Shown here: positions 1 through 12,830 of the stretch, in pieces
Numbering within the stretch: position 1 is the first letter of the stretch
How the letters are laid out: each line of letters starts with the position of its first letter
Source: Vicugna vicugna
Lineage: Eukaryota
Reading direction: 5' to 3'
Assembly (NCBI GenBank): GCA_013265495.1
Contig: MU058463.1
Coordinates: 558,001 to 622,000, forward strand
DNA: 64,000 bases
The notes under the pieces: model-generated
The model's database searches: none
What the model saw: only the letters and a program-made list of their open reading frames with translations
Told to the model about the DNA's origin: nothing
Made by a program: the position numbers and the translations under genes

Positions 1-389
1 GGGTATTATACTAAACAAAATGTCACATGATCTCACTTATATGAGGAATCTAAAAATCAAAACAAGCAAAACAAAACAAAATGAAGGTAAAGTCATAGAT
101 GCTGAGAAAAAAACAAATGGTTGCCAGAAGGGAGGGGATGGGAGAGTGAGCGAAATAAGTGAAGAGGATTAAGAGGTGCCAACCTCTAGTTATAAAATAA
201 GTCATAGGGAAGTAATAGGCAGGATAAGGAATAAGATCAATAATATTTAATAACTTTGTATGGGGACAGATGTTTACTGGATTTATTGTGGTAATCATTT
301 CATAATGTATACAAGTGTCAAATCATTATGTAGTAAACCTGAAACTAACATAATATTGTATGTCAACTATATTTCAATTACAAAAAATA
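1..389 (+). mobile_element. LINE-1 3' end fragment (L1MA-like)
   Basis: L1 ORF2-end/3'UTR motifs ('atgatctcacttatatgaggaatctaaaa', 'acctgaaactaacataatattgtatgtcaactatatttcaatt') ending in an A-rich tail. Confidence 0.85.
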
Positions 390-614
390 ACTAATGAGTT
401 CTATATCTTCTCTGTCCAAGTAATATTGCTTTTGCCAGAGAACAACCTGATATACACTTTTTGAAAGGGAGATTCTAGTTTCTTTGCATCATGAAAAGGT
501 GTAAAAAAGAGAGACTAGCTAGTGTTATTATTCTTTCAAATTTAACTTTTTAACTGTGTGAGAAATGTATTCACTACTTATGTATCTCAAAATACCAAAT
601 TAGACATTGATAGA

Positions 615-1122
615 ATCTAGAAAAACAAATCGGAAGTCCAACAAATTAACATGTTTTATTTTTTTAATTATTATTAATAATATACTTTGTCAAAATAAAA
701 ACTAGGAGATATGCTAGATCAGATGTGGTATCACGCACATATGAAAGCAAGGAAATATAGTCACACTAAGAATAAGTAACTTTGAGGAAATAATGACTAA
801 GAATTTTCCATCTTATCTAAGAAGACAAATATTACTAAATTCAAGCATAGAAATGCTATATTTGATAGCACGAGAAACAAAGTAGAATTCTCAACAACAA
901 ACAGAAAAGAGAAGAGATAACTTGGAATGGAAAGAATAGTAGGTCACAGCAGATCTCAACAGCACCTGTGCAAACGAGGAATCAGTGGAAGATTATCTTC
1001 AAATGTCTAAGAGAAAAAATATATATGTCAACCTATTGGTATCAATTCTTTTCTGCTAATCTTAAAAAGAATATCGGTAAAATAAAGACACTGTATGCAA
1101 ATAAAAATGATAGACTTTACTA
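615..1122 (+). mobile_element. Ancient L1 ORF1-region remnant
   Basis: Degenerate ORF1-like segments ('tttgaggaaataatgactaagaattttcca', 'cagtggaagattatcttcaaatgtctaagagaaaa', 'aaataaagaca'). Confidence 0.55.
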
Positions 1123-1126
1123 TTAG

Positions 1127-1604
1127 TGTTGCCACAAACAAACAAACAAACAAAAAAACGCCCTCTCTACCCTAATAGCTGAATTTAGAGTCAGAGGCAG
1201 AATTTTGGGAGAATTAGAAAAGAACAGCTTTATTGCTTTGCCAGGCAAAAGGAGTCAATGCAGGCTAATGCCTTAAAGACTGTGAGGCTGTCTTGGGGTA
1301 AAGGTCATGGGGTTTTATAGAAAAATGGAAACAAGAGGGTGACAAAAATCAGGGTGTAAAAAGAGGCTACATTGCTTTCATCTTGTCAAGAACTTATGTT
1401 GTTAAGGCAGAATTTAGGAGGGTCTGCCCATTTTGTTGAGGTTGTCAACTCATAACCTTCTTCCAAGACCTCTAGAGTAAAAGATTAAGTTATTCTAAGA
1501 AAAGAATGCACAGGGAGGGGACTGTATTAGTCAAAATATCAGTTTAGCTAGAATTACTGGCCTGGACAACTCAGTAGCCATCTGGTTAGTTTTCTACTAT
1601 TTCA
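1127..1604 (-). mobile_element. ERV1-type solo LTR
   Basis: TG...CA termini; perfect 4-bp TSD TTAG (1123-1126, 1605-1608); minus-strand AATAAA near 1230; related to 5537-6058. Confidence 0.85.
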
Positions 1605-2469
1605 TTAGTAGGTTCTCACAAAAACCAAAACAAACAAAAAAACATGTATAGTAAATTTTTCATGAAGAAGGGATTAACATTTACTGCATTTACTGCATTA
1701 ACATTACTGCATTCATGAAGAAGGAATTAACATTAGCATTAACAAAGACTGCATTAGGTTGGTAATGGTAAATTTATGAAGATAACAATTCATTTCACAA
1801 AAGAACATTAAAAAACAGCGATAAATGTTTTAAACAACATAGGATTTATAGAATTCTAAAACTATGCCCTGATTTTTTTACTTTTTTAGCAAATTACTTT
1901 GCAATCTGTGAATTGAAACAAGTAAACTAAGTTTGTTCTAGTTTTTTCTACTAGTGTACAGTTTAAATTATGGATAAGTACAATTTTTTAAAGGTAGCTG
2001 GAACACAGAGTCAGGATATCTCTTCCAGAGGAGACAGTTTGGCATGTGTTGAATGCGTGAGTAAATGGGTGTGCCAAAGCAAAGTTATAGATGCCTTGGG
2101 TATGAAAGAAAAGGGTTGTTAAAGAAAAGGAGTTGGAGGTGAGAAAGAAAATGTATGTGATGTATAAGTGTTAGAATGGCTGAAATTTTAATTAATTATT
2201 GGAAATTGTATAAATAATAATAATCAGGTAGAGCAACATTCATTCTCCTTCTTTCAGAAATTAGTGAAGTACTAAAGTATTTTAGGGAAAGATTTCCAAG
2301 CAAAACAGTGGTAAAGCCCTAATTTATTTAACAAAATAATTGTCTCAAGAGTAAAGTCTATTAAACAAATGAGCAATGATTGAATTATGTGGAGATAAGA
2401 GAAAGTTTCTAGGATGAAAAGTTTTTTTTTTTAATTGTATTGTATCACACTATATTTTTGGAATAATAC

Positions 2470-2700
2470 AGTAATCACCCTTTTGCCTCTTCATGGCACT
2501 GGTTGAACAAGGATATAGGATGATTTCAGCCCTCCTGTGAAGAACAAGCCATAGGATGATGATGTTATAAAATACAGAGCATCACTGAGTTGCTGAATCA
2601 GATATACTTTGATGACAATCTGGCTTTAGAATTTAATTTATGTAAGTAACTAGTGAAATTTACTGTTTAACCATGTTTGGCTTGGCTCTGGACCCAAACT
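2470..2700 (+). mobile_element. Degenerate MaLR (MLT1-like) LTR fragment
   Basis: MLT1-like 3' motifs ('gcatcactgagttgctgaatca', 'tgtaagtaac...tttactgtttaacca'). Confidence 0.4.
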
Positions 2701-2760
2701 GTTGGTATGCTGAGACTGTCTAAAATGAAATACATATTAGAAAAATAGACTTGAGCCCTT

Positions 2761-3209
2761 TGTGAGTGAAAATACTGCAATATGAGTGAAAATACTGCAA
2801 CCATATCAGTAAACAAAGAATGCTGAAACCAAGTCATCACCGGCTGCCGCCACCCCCTCAGTGGGGTCAGGCCTGCAGCCCAGCCTCTGCAGCTACTCAC
2901 AGTGGTGCCCTCTGAGCGGACTCAGAATAAGAAAGGACAGGATACTGGCCCTAGATAGCTAGGTGCTTGTCAAAGGAATGAATTCAGTGAGCCCAAATGT
3001 TTGCTTCCTCCCATACATAGAAAAGCACTAAATTCTTTAACTTGAGACGCCTGGACCTGGTCTTTAAAGCTCCTATATATCCTAGCTCCTCCCCTACCTC
3101 TTGGGAGCAGTCCCTCAGAGCCATCTGAGAGGCTGTCATCCCGGCTCAAGTCCTCCTGCCAAATAAAACATAACTTAACTTTTAGTCTGCGGATTTATTT
3201 CAGTCAGGA
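2761..3209 (+). mobile_element. ERV1-type solo LTR
   Basis: Starts TG; 4-bp TSD CCTT (2757-2760, 3210-3213); TATA-like 'ctatatat' near 3073 and AATAAA near 3162; terminal CA decayed to GA; 18-bp duplication near the 5' end. Confidence 0.8.
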
Positions 3210-3664
3210 CCTTCATGGAGTCTAAGTAGCCAGAGGTTTAAAAAGCTTTCTGGAGATGTTGAAGTAACTGAAGATACATGCAGAGGAAACTGATGTGGTA
3301 ATGTGAAATGAAGAGGCACAAAATTTGGGGAAAGGACATTTAATTCATTCCAAAGGCTCATTTAAATGGCTTGATGTTTGTGCTGTGTGTAGATTTGTTA
3401 CTTATTTTTTGAGATTGCTATTCATTTACTGTGTTCAGCCCCCATAAGTGAAGTCTCCGTAAATTTACCTTCCAAGAGATATATTTTTTTGCTATTAATT
3501 TCTTGAATTTCAGATCTGGAAATGATTATGTATTCTTAAAAATTGGAAGGTACAGATTTGTTGCCTCTGGAACACTGTAGAAGAGATATTGCTGTTCACC
3601 AATACTGTTGAATATTTCCTTTGTTCTATTTTTTTCCATCCTTCTTACACTTTCTTTTTCCCAT

Positions 3665-4210
3665 TGTCAATGCAAAAATTTCCCCAGACAAAGTTAAACA
3701 GGTAAGGAAGACTTTATTCAAGGCTCTTTAACAGGGAGAAAATCCAAAACTCAATCCAAGCTCAATTCCACAGAATAAAAGGCTTGGAGAGTTTCTTAAG
3801 AGGGGAGGGCAGGGGAGGGATCTTAGGTCATCTGTGTTTACTAATTGGCTTGACCCAAAGGAAAAGTAAACTTCCTCCTTCTGTCAGGATAAAGAGGCAA
3901 TTTTAAAATTTGGAGAAAGTCTGTTACCTAAATTAGTCTTTTGTTCACCCCTTCCCCAGTCACCACAAAGGCAAAGAGATACAGAGATATAGTCATTATT
4001 GTCTTTGAGGATTACATTTCAAAGGAATGGCTCCCAGTCCTGGGTTATAAGAGGCTTTTTAAAAAGATTTACATCTCAAAAAGGCAGAGAAATAATTTAC
4101 AATTACAGGTTTTCTGAAATAAATGCTCTCTTTTTGAGAGGTCAGGGGCCTAGGGGCAAGAAGAAGCCAGTCTAATGTTTAGTCTGAGAGGAATGGTAAG
4201 GTTGTCTCTG
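3665..4210 (-). mobile_element. ERV1-type solo LTR nested in the MaLR LTR
   Basis: TG start; minus-strand AATAAA ('actttattc'); shares 'atttacatctcaaa...tttacaatt' with 27665-27955; TSD not resolved. Confidence 0.7.
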
Positions 4211-5536
4211 ATGCTAACAAGTAGTGACCAGTAAAACATGAAAAAATCAGTGTGTGACCTTCTGAGTCTCTTTCTCTGTAGCTGATGCTTTCAGGAGTGG
4301 CATGATGATAGTATAACTTAATAGAGCCTCATATAGCCTTGGACTTTGAGTAACTGTATAGAACACAGCTCAGCTACTGACCTGAGTTGGACATGGAGAC
4401 TAAGCAAAATGTGTATTAATTTTAAACCACTAATATTTTGGGTTTCTTTGATACTGCAGCATGATCTGGAACTTTCTGACTAGTGCAGACATTGATTTTG
4501 GGAGTAGAGTGCCATCTTAACAAATCTAAAACGTTTGACAAGCTTATCAGTTGGGAGTGGAGGAAACAATTAGTAGAGGCTTGATAGATGTCTTTTTTAA
4601 GCAATAGCAGAATATTTGATAATACTTGATGTCTCTGAAAAATCCTGTGAGGCTGATTGCACCTCCAATTATTTTGTAGCTCTAGGGGAAGAGGTCAAAA
4701 AAAGTATATTAGTGTTTTCAGTTGTTATTGACTAAATTTTATCAGGTATTACCAGAAAGTGATAAGGAAAGAATTTGCTGAAAAGCAGAAATGAAAGGAA
4801 GTAAAAACATTCTGGAACTTTGGACCTTGGTGCTATGAGGCTCAAACAGTAGGAGATAATTGATAAAGGTTTTGAGAGGTAACACCCCATCAAAACTCAG
4901 CATTTTGGCAAAGATAAAAATGAGTTCAGCTTTCCCACTTATTTCAGAAATTCTCAGAGGATTCAAGTGCCTCAAGGGCAAAGATCAGATTAAGGATATA
5001 GAGGACAGGTAAACCTCAAAATCAAATGAACTGATTTAGAAAAATTGGGTTATAACTTTTCCCAGAAGCCCAAGATTTTAACTGGTGAGTATATACATAT
5101 ATATTCAGATATGAAATATAAAATATGTGAAATATATATCACATATGAAAATTATATCTTAATGAGAACTATAGGTGTGAATATTTGCTAAAAAATGCAA
5201 TGGGCTACTATCAAATAGGTAAAAATTTTACTGTTTTGAGAGAGTTACATTTCTAAAGTAAGTACAGACCTGGAATAACAGTAGTAAAAATTACTGTGCT
5301 ACCTAAGATTTTTGCTCCTTCCCCTAAACTCCTTAACTGGCCACGAGTTTAAAAAGTTGCACAAGTCTAAGATAAGGCACATTCCCTCAAGAGATGCCAA
5401 AAATAATAAGGAAAAAGAAGCATCTCCCTGAGTACAGAGCCAGGACCACAGAAAACAATGCACCAAGGAACAAATCCTATAGAGCAGAATTGGGGTGTAA
5501 TTAATGAATATTCACCAAGACTATTTATTGTAGGGC

Positions 5537-6058
5537 TGTTGCTGAAAAAGGGGCCTCTGTGCCCTGAAAAACGAATTAAGACTCAGAGGCAGAGTTTTGG
5601 AGAGTATAAGAAAAGATCAGCTTTATTGCTTTGCCAAGCAGAGGAGAATTATAGCAGGCTAATGCCTTAGAGACTGTGAACCCATCTTAGGGTTGGGGTC
5701 TTGGAGTTTTATAGAAAAACTAGATGGAACAGAAGAATGGTAACAATCAGGGAAGTTTGTGGTGTTGTATTCTTTTTAATCTTGATAAGTTCATCTGGCA
5801 TCGTGGAAATCTCCTTAGGGTCTGCTCATTCTTCTGAGGTTATTAACTTGTGACCTTCTTTCTGAAAGACAGCTTCTAGGTTAAAGAATAAGCTATTCTG
5901 GGTAAAAGAATGTATAGTGAAATTGGGGACTATTTTAGCAAAGCAGTCGAGCAAGTAAGCAGAAAGAGAACAAGATGTGTCAGAATGAATCAACAAACAG
6001 CAGCAAACAGCCTTAACATCAGAGAAGCCATTTTGTTACTAAGATTTTTACTTTTTTG
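5537..6058 (-). mobile_element. ERV1-type solo LTR, same family as 1127-1604
   Basis: Shares 'cagctttattgctttgcca', 'gcaggctaatgcctta' and 'agactgtga' with 1127-1604; 4-bp TSD GGGC (5533-5536, 6059-6062). Confidence 0.8.
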
Positions 6059-6860
6059 GGGCCTTTTCACAATGTCTATTTAGCAGGATTTCAGAAATCC
6101 TACAGTCCTATGATTGTTGTGAGTCTTTCATTCCTCCCATTCTAATAAGAAGAATTTAGTGCAGATATCCAGATCTTATTTCACCACTGACTCTTGGGAG
6201 TTTGTAGAGTGAAGGTAATTTGTCCTTTAGTTTGTAGTTTTTTTCAGATTAAAAGCCACAACTAGACCTGTTACTGAAATTTCTGCACAGCACACAGACA
6301 TTCTGAAATTTGAGCTAGATACAGTGAATGAATGAATTTTTAAATTATTTCCTTTGGGTATGATTGATTATTATTATATGTTAAAAGAAAAATTAAATGT
6401 GTGAAAACCGGAACAAAGTGGTATTTGGCAACAGAACATGAAGAAAGAAATTAACATTCAACAAATAATCTATTTGACACTCTACATTAACCAGTCTTTT
6501 TGCATGTGAATGCAGAATTGTCATGTGGCAAATCTGACCAATAAAATATTTGGCAAAGTGATTGTGTGCCACTGACAAAGTGTATTCTGAGGTCATATAT
6601 TGGGAGGTTGGTATCATCTATCTGAGTTTCTTGGTGACTTTATGGAATAAAGGACTCTCTTTACCATGTCCCATAGTTCCTATAAGGGACGTGCAGTTTG
6701 GGCTAGAAATGAACACTCAATCCACTGAGAGTTTGGGGAGAGTTCTTCCATAGCATAATCTAGATTATCTGTAATAATACATACTTGATTGACTGAAAAG
6801 ATCAGTGATCCATGCTCATGTTCTATTATGTTCTGAAATCAGTGCTTTCTTCTAAAATGT

Positions 6861-7350
6861 TGTCAATTGAAAAAAATTTGCACAACGTGAGAGATGTAAG
6901 TTAAATTTTATTTAGGGCCAAGTGAGGACTATAGCCTGGGAGACAGCCTCTCAGAAAGTTCTGAGGAACTACTCTGAAGAGGTAGGGGTGGAAGTCAGAA
7001 AATCTGTGATTTTTGATGAAGGGAGATATGTGCAGTCAAAGACACATTTTGGTAGAAAGGTACTGCTAGTCACAAGAAGGTTGCTGCTAATTATAAGGAA
7101 CAGACGTTTCCATGAGTGATTTTAATGTTTTTTGAGATATGAGAAGATCCAAGAAATTGGGCTCATTAGATGGTCTCCTGAAAATACCTAACAATCTGAA
7201 GGCCTGCTCTATCAGTTTTCCCCAGAGCACAACCTCATTCCTGATCTCCACCCTGAGCTCCCTTCAGAGTGTGTTGGAGGTCAGTGACTACAGAGAATAG
7301 TGACTTCATCCTTTTAGAGGCAGATGGCAAGTGACAATTTTTAGTTAGCA
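6861..7350 (-). mobile_element. ERV1-type solo LTR related to 2761-3209
   Basis: TG...CA termini; reverse complement shares 'ctgagaggctgtc...agtcctc...aaataaaa' with 2761-3209; flanks ATGT/ACAT. Confidence 0.8.
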
Positions 7351-8171
7351 ACATATACATGGATAATAATGTGCAGGTACTGGTACTGAAATCTGAGGCA
7401 ATCATACAAGATTTAGCAGGAATTGTGAACTAATTGGAATTATGAACTAATTTTAAAATGTAAACTAAATATCAGGATGAGGTAACAGATCTGATAAATG
7501 AGAGTTGTATCTGTTAGCCTTAAAAACCATTAACTTTATGTAATATTTATATTTTATTGGAAATAGTATAATATAAATATAAAATACCACTCTAAAAGTT
7601 TGAGTAGTATTGAGAAAGTCACCTGAATAAAAATCTGTTATCTTAACAGAAGTAAAAGTGTCTCTGTATTTTCTCTGCAGTCTTTTCATATTTTTTGTCA
7701 TATATCTTTTCATGTTGCCATGTTGATAAAAAATTAGTTATAATTATGATAGGTATATAGCATTCCACAAATCAGAGATATAATAATTTACATAAATAAT
7801 ATACTTTTTTGGAGATGATGAGTTGGCATAAATTGTTGAGCATTATGTATAGGAAATTGCTGAAAATCGCTACACAGGAAACACTCTGCATGATTCATAT
7901 TATCATATTCATTTTTAATAATCATTCATATTAAAATCATTGCAGTAGTTGTACTTTTTACAATTATTGTAACATATTGATAAACTGCTTTCTAAAGAAT
8001 GAAACTGTTCATGTTACAGTTATTTGTGAGATACACCTTTTTCAGTTTTATTCTTTTTTTGATAATATATTGGTATACTTATTGATCCTAACATTTCAGC
8101 AGGTCCTAATAATCTGAAACTGAATTCTATTTATCACTGTTCTATCACTTTGTCTGTTTCTGTCTCTCTTT

Positions 8172-8255
8172 ACACACACACACACACACACATATTCCCT
8201 CATCATCTTTTTTCCTTCCTTCCTTCCTTTCTTCCTCCCTGACTTTCTTCCTTCT
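8172..8255. repeat. (AC)n followed by a TTCC-rich tract
   Basis: Directly visible. Confidence 0.9.
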
Positions 8256-8517
8256 TTACGTTGTTTCTTCTTTCATCTATGAATGCAAGTTGCCATTTAT
8301 TCTTTTTCCATATATATATATATAAAGCATATATATAATATATATATCTGCTACATTGCTAGATTTCAACCCTACTATAGTCCTGGTTAATATCATAGTA
8401 GTTTATAAGAAAGAAAAGGCTAGGCATATATTTTTTAAAATAGTACCCCATTGCATTTTTTTTACTACAAAAAACTCATATAGGATTTTTTACCTTATTT
8501 TGTTTTATTTTTTTCTC

Positions 8518-8790
8518 TGTGTGTCTTGGTAGGGTTCCATCCAAAACAAAACTTAGGTTCAGATAATTTATTTAGAGAAGCAATCATATGTATCATAAAT
8601 GGGAGACTGGACAGAATGAAACAGGCCTGTAGAGTCAGGGAATCCAAAGGTAAGGTACTAGAATAGATACTGCTCTTAGTTACCAGGAATCAGACTTGCA
8701 AAGGAACCTCTCTGGAGCTACATGAATGCATTGCAGAAGTGTCCACTGCATAAATTTGGCTCTTATCCTCCACTGGTCAAGAATTGTCTC
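8518..8790 (-). mobile_element. Possible old ERVL-type LTR fragment (LTR16/LTR33-like)
   Basis: 'tgtcttggtagggttcc...tttatttagagaag' resembles the reverse-oriented end of these LTRs; locally higher GC. Confidence 0.35.
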
Positions 8791-11700
8791 TAAGAGACAA
8801 AGCATATCATACATAATATTTATGAATAAGTGAAAAATAGATTTAAGATATATCTTTTTCATCAATATTAGAAAAATACCTCATGGAAAAACTGAAAATA
8901 ACATATTTGACTATGATATAAACTTCGTAAACAAGATGAATAATGTTTAAGTTGAAAAGATACAGCCAATAAAAAAATCAGTATTTCAGAAATATTCTAC
9001 CTGAAGAAGTCAGAGAAATTAGTGCATCATTCTTTTCATCAGTGATTCAAGGACTATACTGTTATAAAATGTTATTTAATGTGCATAATAAAAAAAGCAC
9101 CATTAGTGACCATAGATTTTTTTGTTGAAAGACTGCATTATTTTTAAAGCAATTTAAGTTTGTCACAATTTTCCCTTGACATATTTACTGTCTTGCAATT
9201 TCACTGCTGGTATAGAAAGTCAAAATGGATCACAGGTTGAGAGTAAGTCACTCTTATCTCACATTAGTATGAGAAATTCTGTTTGCTTTAATATCAAAAG
9301 CAGAGACACCTAATTATAATTCTTAATATTTTGCAATGATTTGAATTAGAAAAGTAATCAGAGAATTTTGTCTATTTCATTCTACCATCCATGAAATAAT
9401 TCAGACACAATCTATGTACATTTCCCCAGTGTCTAAAATGAAGTCAATGTGGATAAATAATTACTGGGGAGACTGGTAACAAAAGGAATGTTGACTAGGT
9501 GAATGTGATTAATAATAGTTACAGAATATTATGAATATGATTTGCTATAAATTATGTGGTATTGCGAAGCCCAGTTCTGAAACTATGAGACTAGATTTAC
9601 AAATGATTAATGTGTACAATGGATCAGAAATAATACTCAATCTCACATTATTCACAATAACATAAGTGTTCTGTACTTGCCACTTTCTTTAATAGATCTA
9701 TATATTTTCTAATATGGAAAGTGTTAATATTCTGAATTATGAATTTTAAATAAGAACCCCACATGAGACAAAAATTATGTCAGTAAAGTTAAAAATATAG
9801 TACAAAATACAGCTCTTGCGAATATTTAAAGATGAGCTTTGTACAGATAGCAGAGAGGGTGCACATTTATCATGGTCAGCTTGCATCCATTTAATTGTTA
9901 GACTTTTGTGCACAGTATACAGTAGGAAAAAGACTTGTTTCAGAAGTATTTAATACATTTTGAGTAGCATGTTTAACTTACCAGTATGGGTATAACAGCA
10001 AGAAAATTAATAACTTTTCTTCACATAATAAACACACAGTTATTATTGCATTTATACCATCCTAAATCCAAATGTTTATTCAAATATTTCTTAGACAAAA
10101 TCTTATTTAAACTAATGAACTTACATATGATGTGGAGTCAGAATATAGTCTTTGCATTAAAAATAGTAATGGGGGATACAGCACACAAATGAGAGATGAC
10201 CTGACTTAGTCTAGTTACAGGCAAGAGTAAAAGGTTAATACCCACTATTACTGACATGATTTAATTATTTCCTGGTAGTTTTACTAACTCATATTGAAAG
10301 AGATGAAAATTTCTATTATCATAGTTTACATAATAATCTACCTTTAAACCTTAGATAAATCAATTGAGAAGCTATTACATTTAGAAATAAGATTCACTAA
10401 AGTACCCACTTACGAAGTGAAAATACAAAAATCAATATTTCTGCAAGTTATTCATCCTTAGGTATCAGTTTAAATATTATCCTCCAGATGAAATTTCAAA
10501 TAGTCTCTTACATCACTCTCACATCATCTAATTTTCCTTTAAGGTTTTACCACCATGGTAAAATTGTGATTATTTATGTAAGAGTTTTATAAAAAATTAT
10601 AAATTTAATATTTCATGTCAAATACTAAAGGAATATTTAACATGTGACTGTTTCTAAAGTTCACTTGGAAGAATAAATCATTGCAAATAGTTAAAAACAT
10701 TTCTGTAAAGGAAAATGAGAAGTGAATATTTACATCACAATCAATTAAATGCATTACCACTTTATTTAAAATAGTGTTATGTTGGCTCAGGAACAGGAGA
10801 AAAATCTTACATAGCAAAACAATTATATATGTGATCAAATAAGTGAGAAAAGAACACTGAGTTTCAATATCTTAATTTTTTAATCTTATTTTCATTAATA
10901 ATATAACAAGTGTGATTTTTCTCAAGCTTATAAATGAAAACAATTTTAAATGAGAAGTCAAATTTAAAACTATATATTTTCACTTATTTGAAAATCCAAA
11001 TTGATATTAAACCCATTATCATCAGTCTTTACCTGTTTTTCTCAACTCCTCACCATTTTGTGTCTTCTGTCCATTTATTATCATTGAAATACCTGCAGTA
11101 GTGGTAGGAGTTATCACTGGTGTGTGAACAAGCAGCGATTATCCAAATGCAATGGCATGGGAAAAGTCAGGGCAGAAGGCCAATATTCTCCATATTTTAA
11201 ACATACATACAAACACACACACTCAGTGTGACAATCCAGCTGTTGACCAAGGTCAAAACCACTACTCCTCTAACACATACACACACAGCTATAAAAACAG
11301 TTCTCCTCCCTAGGACTTCTGATCATTTTCTATACATTTTTATTTTTCCCTGCAATATTCAACGTTTGTTAGTCTAGAGAAGGAGCCCCAGTATTTTGTG
11401 CACATTCAGAAACTTGGCAAGGTAATTTTTTTGGTCATATCTGAAGTGGGTGATATTGGAAAACATGCTTTCATTGAGGATCATGTAACTTTTTCTACTT
11501 GTTTCTCTCCAGTATATAATCAGTTCCTCAAAGGTAATTTTAAGTCTTGGTGGCACAATTTATACAGGCTTGAAACTGTCTTTTAAATACAAAACCTCTT
11601 TAAAAATTAATATACTCTCTTAGACAGCCCTAGAGTTGCCTCTACTTTCATATATCATTGAAAAGACATGCCTCCCATATTTTAACCTTACCTTCTATTA

Positions 11701-12142
11701 TTCAAGTTTTAAATTATTTTTTCTGATGCACACTTGCATAATCCCTGTGTAGTAAGAAAGAAATAAGGTGTATTATGTAATGGTCCTGAAAACCTTTGCC
11801 TAAAATTAACAAATGCAATTTGTGCTCATGTTTAATTGGAAAAAGCAAGTACCATTGCCACACCTAACTATAAACATGGTAGAGACATTGCATTTCCACC
11901 ATGTGCCTGAAAATTAGATAGACAGAAGTAGTAACCATCATGACATAGAGTTGAAATGAGCATTAAATTGAATTGATAAAGGTAAAATAATTGGAATTGG
12001 TTCTGGCACTTAGCACACTCAATGTAAGTCTTTTTTTTTGGACAGTATTCCATATTTCCTGAATTTGGTCTTTTTATTATTAGTCTTTTCAAAGAGCCAT
12101 CTTTTCTTAAACTTGATCCTCTATAATTTAACTTTCTTAGTC

Positions 12143-12830
12143 TTTTCTCTAGCTTTATTGAGGTATAACTGATGAAATTTACATGTATTTAAGGTATACA
12201 ACGCATTGTGAAATAATCACCACATTTAAGATATTTAACCTATCATTTCACAGAATTACCTCTTTGTGTGTGTGTGATAACACTTAGGATGGATAGGTAC
12301 CCAGAAGTGGGATTGCTAGATCACAATGTAGTTCTATTTTTCATTTTTTGAGAAATGTCCATAGTTTTTCATAATTATACGAATTTAGATTCTAACCAAC
12401 AGTGTACTAGAGTTTCTGTTTCTCCATAGCCTTGCTGACACTTATTTTTTGTCTTTTTAATAATAGCCATTCTAACAGATGTGAAATGATATCTCATCAT
12501 GGTTTTGATTTGCATTTCCTGATGACTAGTGAAGTTGAGCATGTTTTCAAGTCAACTGTTTCTTTGTTGATGTTCTGTCTCAGTGATCTATTTGTTATTT
12601 TAAGTGGGGTGTTTAAATGTCCTACTGTAATTAATTATATTGCTGTGGATTTCTGCTTTCACTTCTAGTAATATTTCTTTATATATTTAGGTGCTCTGAT
12701 ATTGGGAGCATATGAATTTATAATTGTATCTTCCTGTTGAATTGACCCTTTTTTCATTATATAGTTACCTTCTTTGTCTTCAGAGACATCTTTAAAGTCT
12801 GTTTTGTTTCATATGATTATGGATATCCCT
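12143..12830 (-). mobile_element. Internally deleted L1 (EN region + ORF2 C-terminus + 3' end)
   Basis: 3' end 'agctttattgaggtataa'; ORF2 C-terminal region 'cccagaagtgggattgctagatc'; EN region 'gtgctctgatattgggagcata'. Confidence 0.8.

Larger units (their letters stand above)
3576..6781 (+). mobile_element. MaLR (MLT1-type) provirus: 5' LTR ~3576-4487, internal ~4488-6420, 3' LTR ~6425-6781, interrupted by two ERV1-type LTRs
   Basis: MLT1-like LTR ends ('ctgactagtgca', 'tctgtaataataca'); both LTRs share a 'tgacca(g/a)taaaa...tgtgtg' segment; MLT-int-like motifs ('gtagctctaggggaagag', 'gcaggatttcagaa'). Confidence 0.6.

Noticed and set aside
1127..6058. Two related same-orientation LTRs 4.4 kb apart as the ends of one provirus
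   Set aside because: Each has its own TSD (TTAG, GGGC), they are clearly diverged, and the intervening DNA is unrelated repeats.
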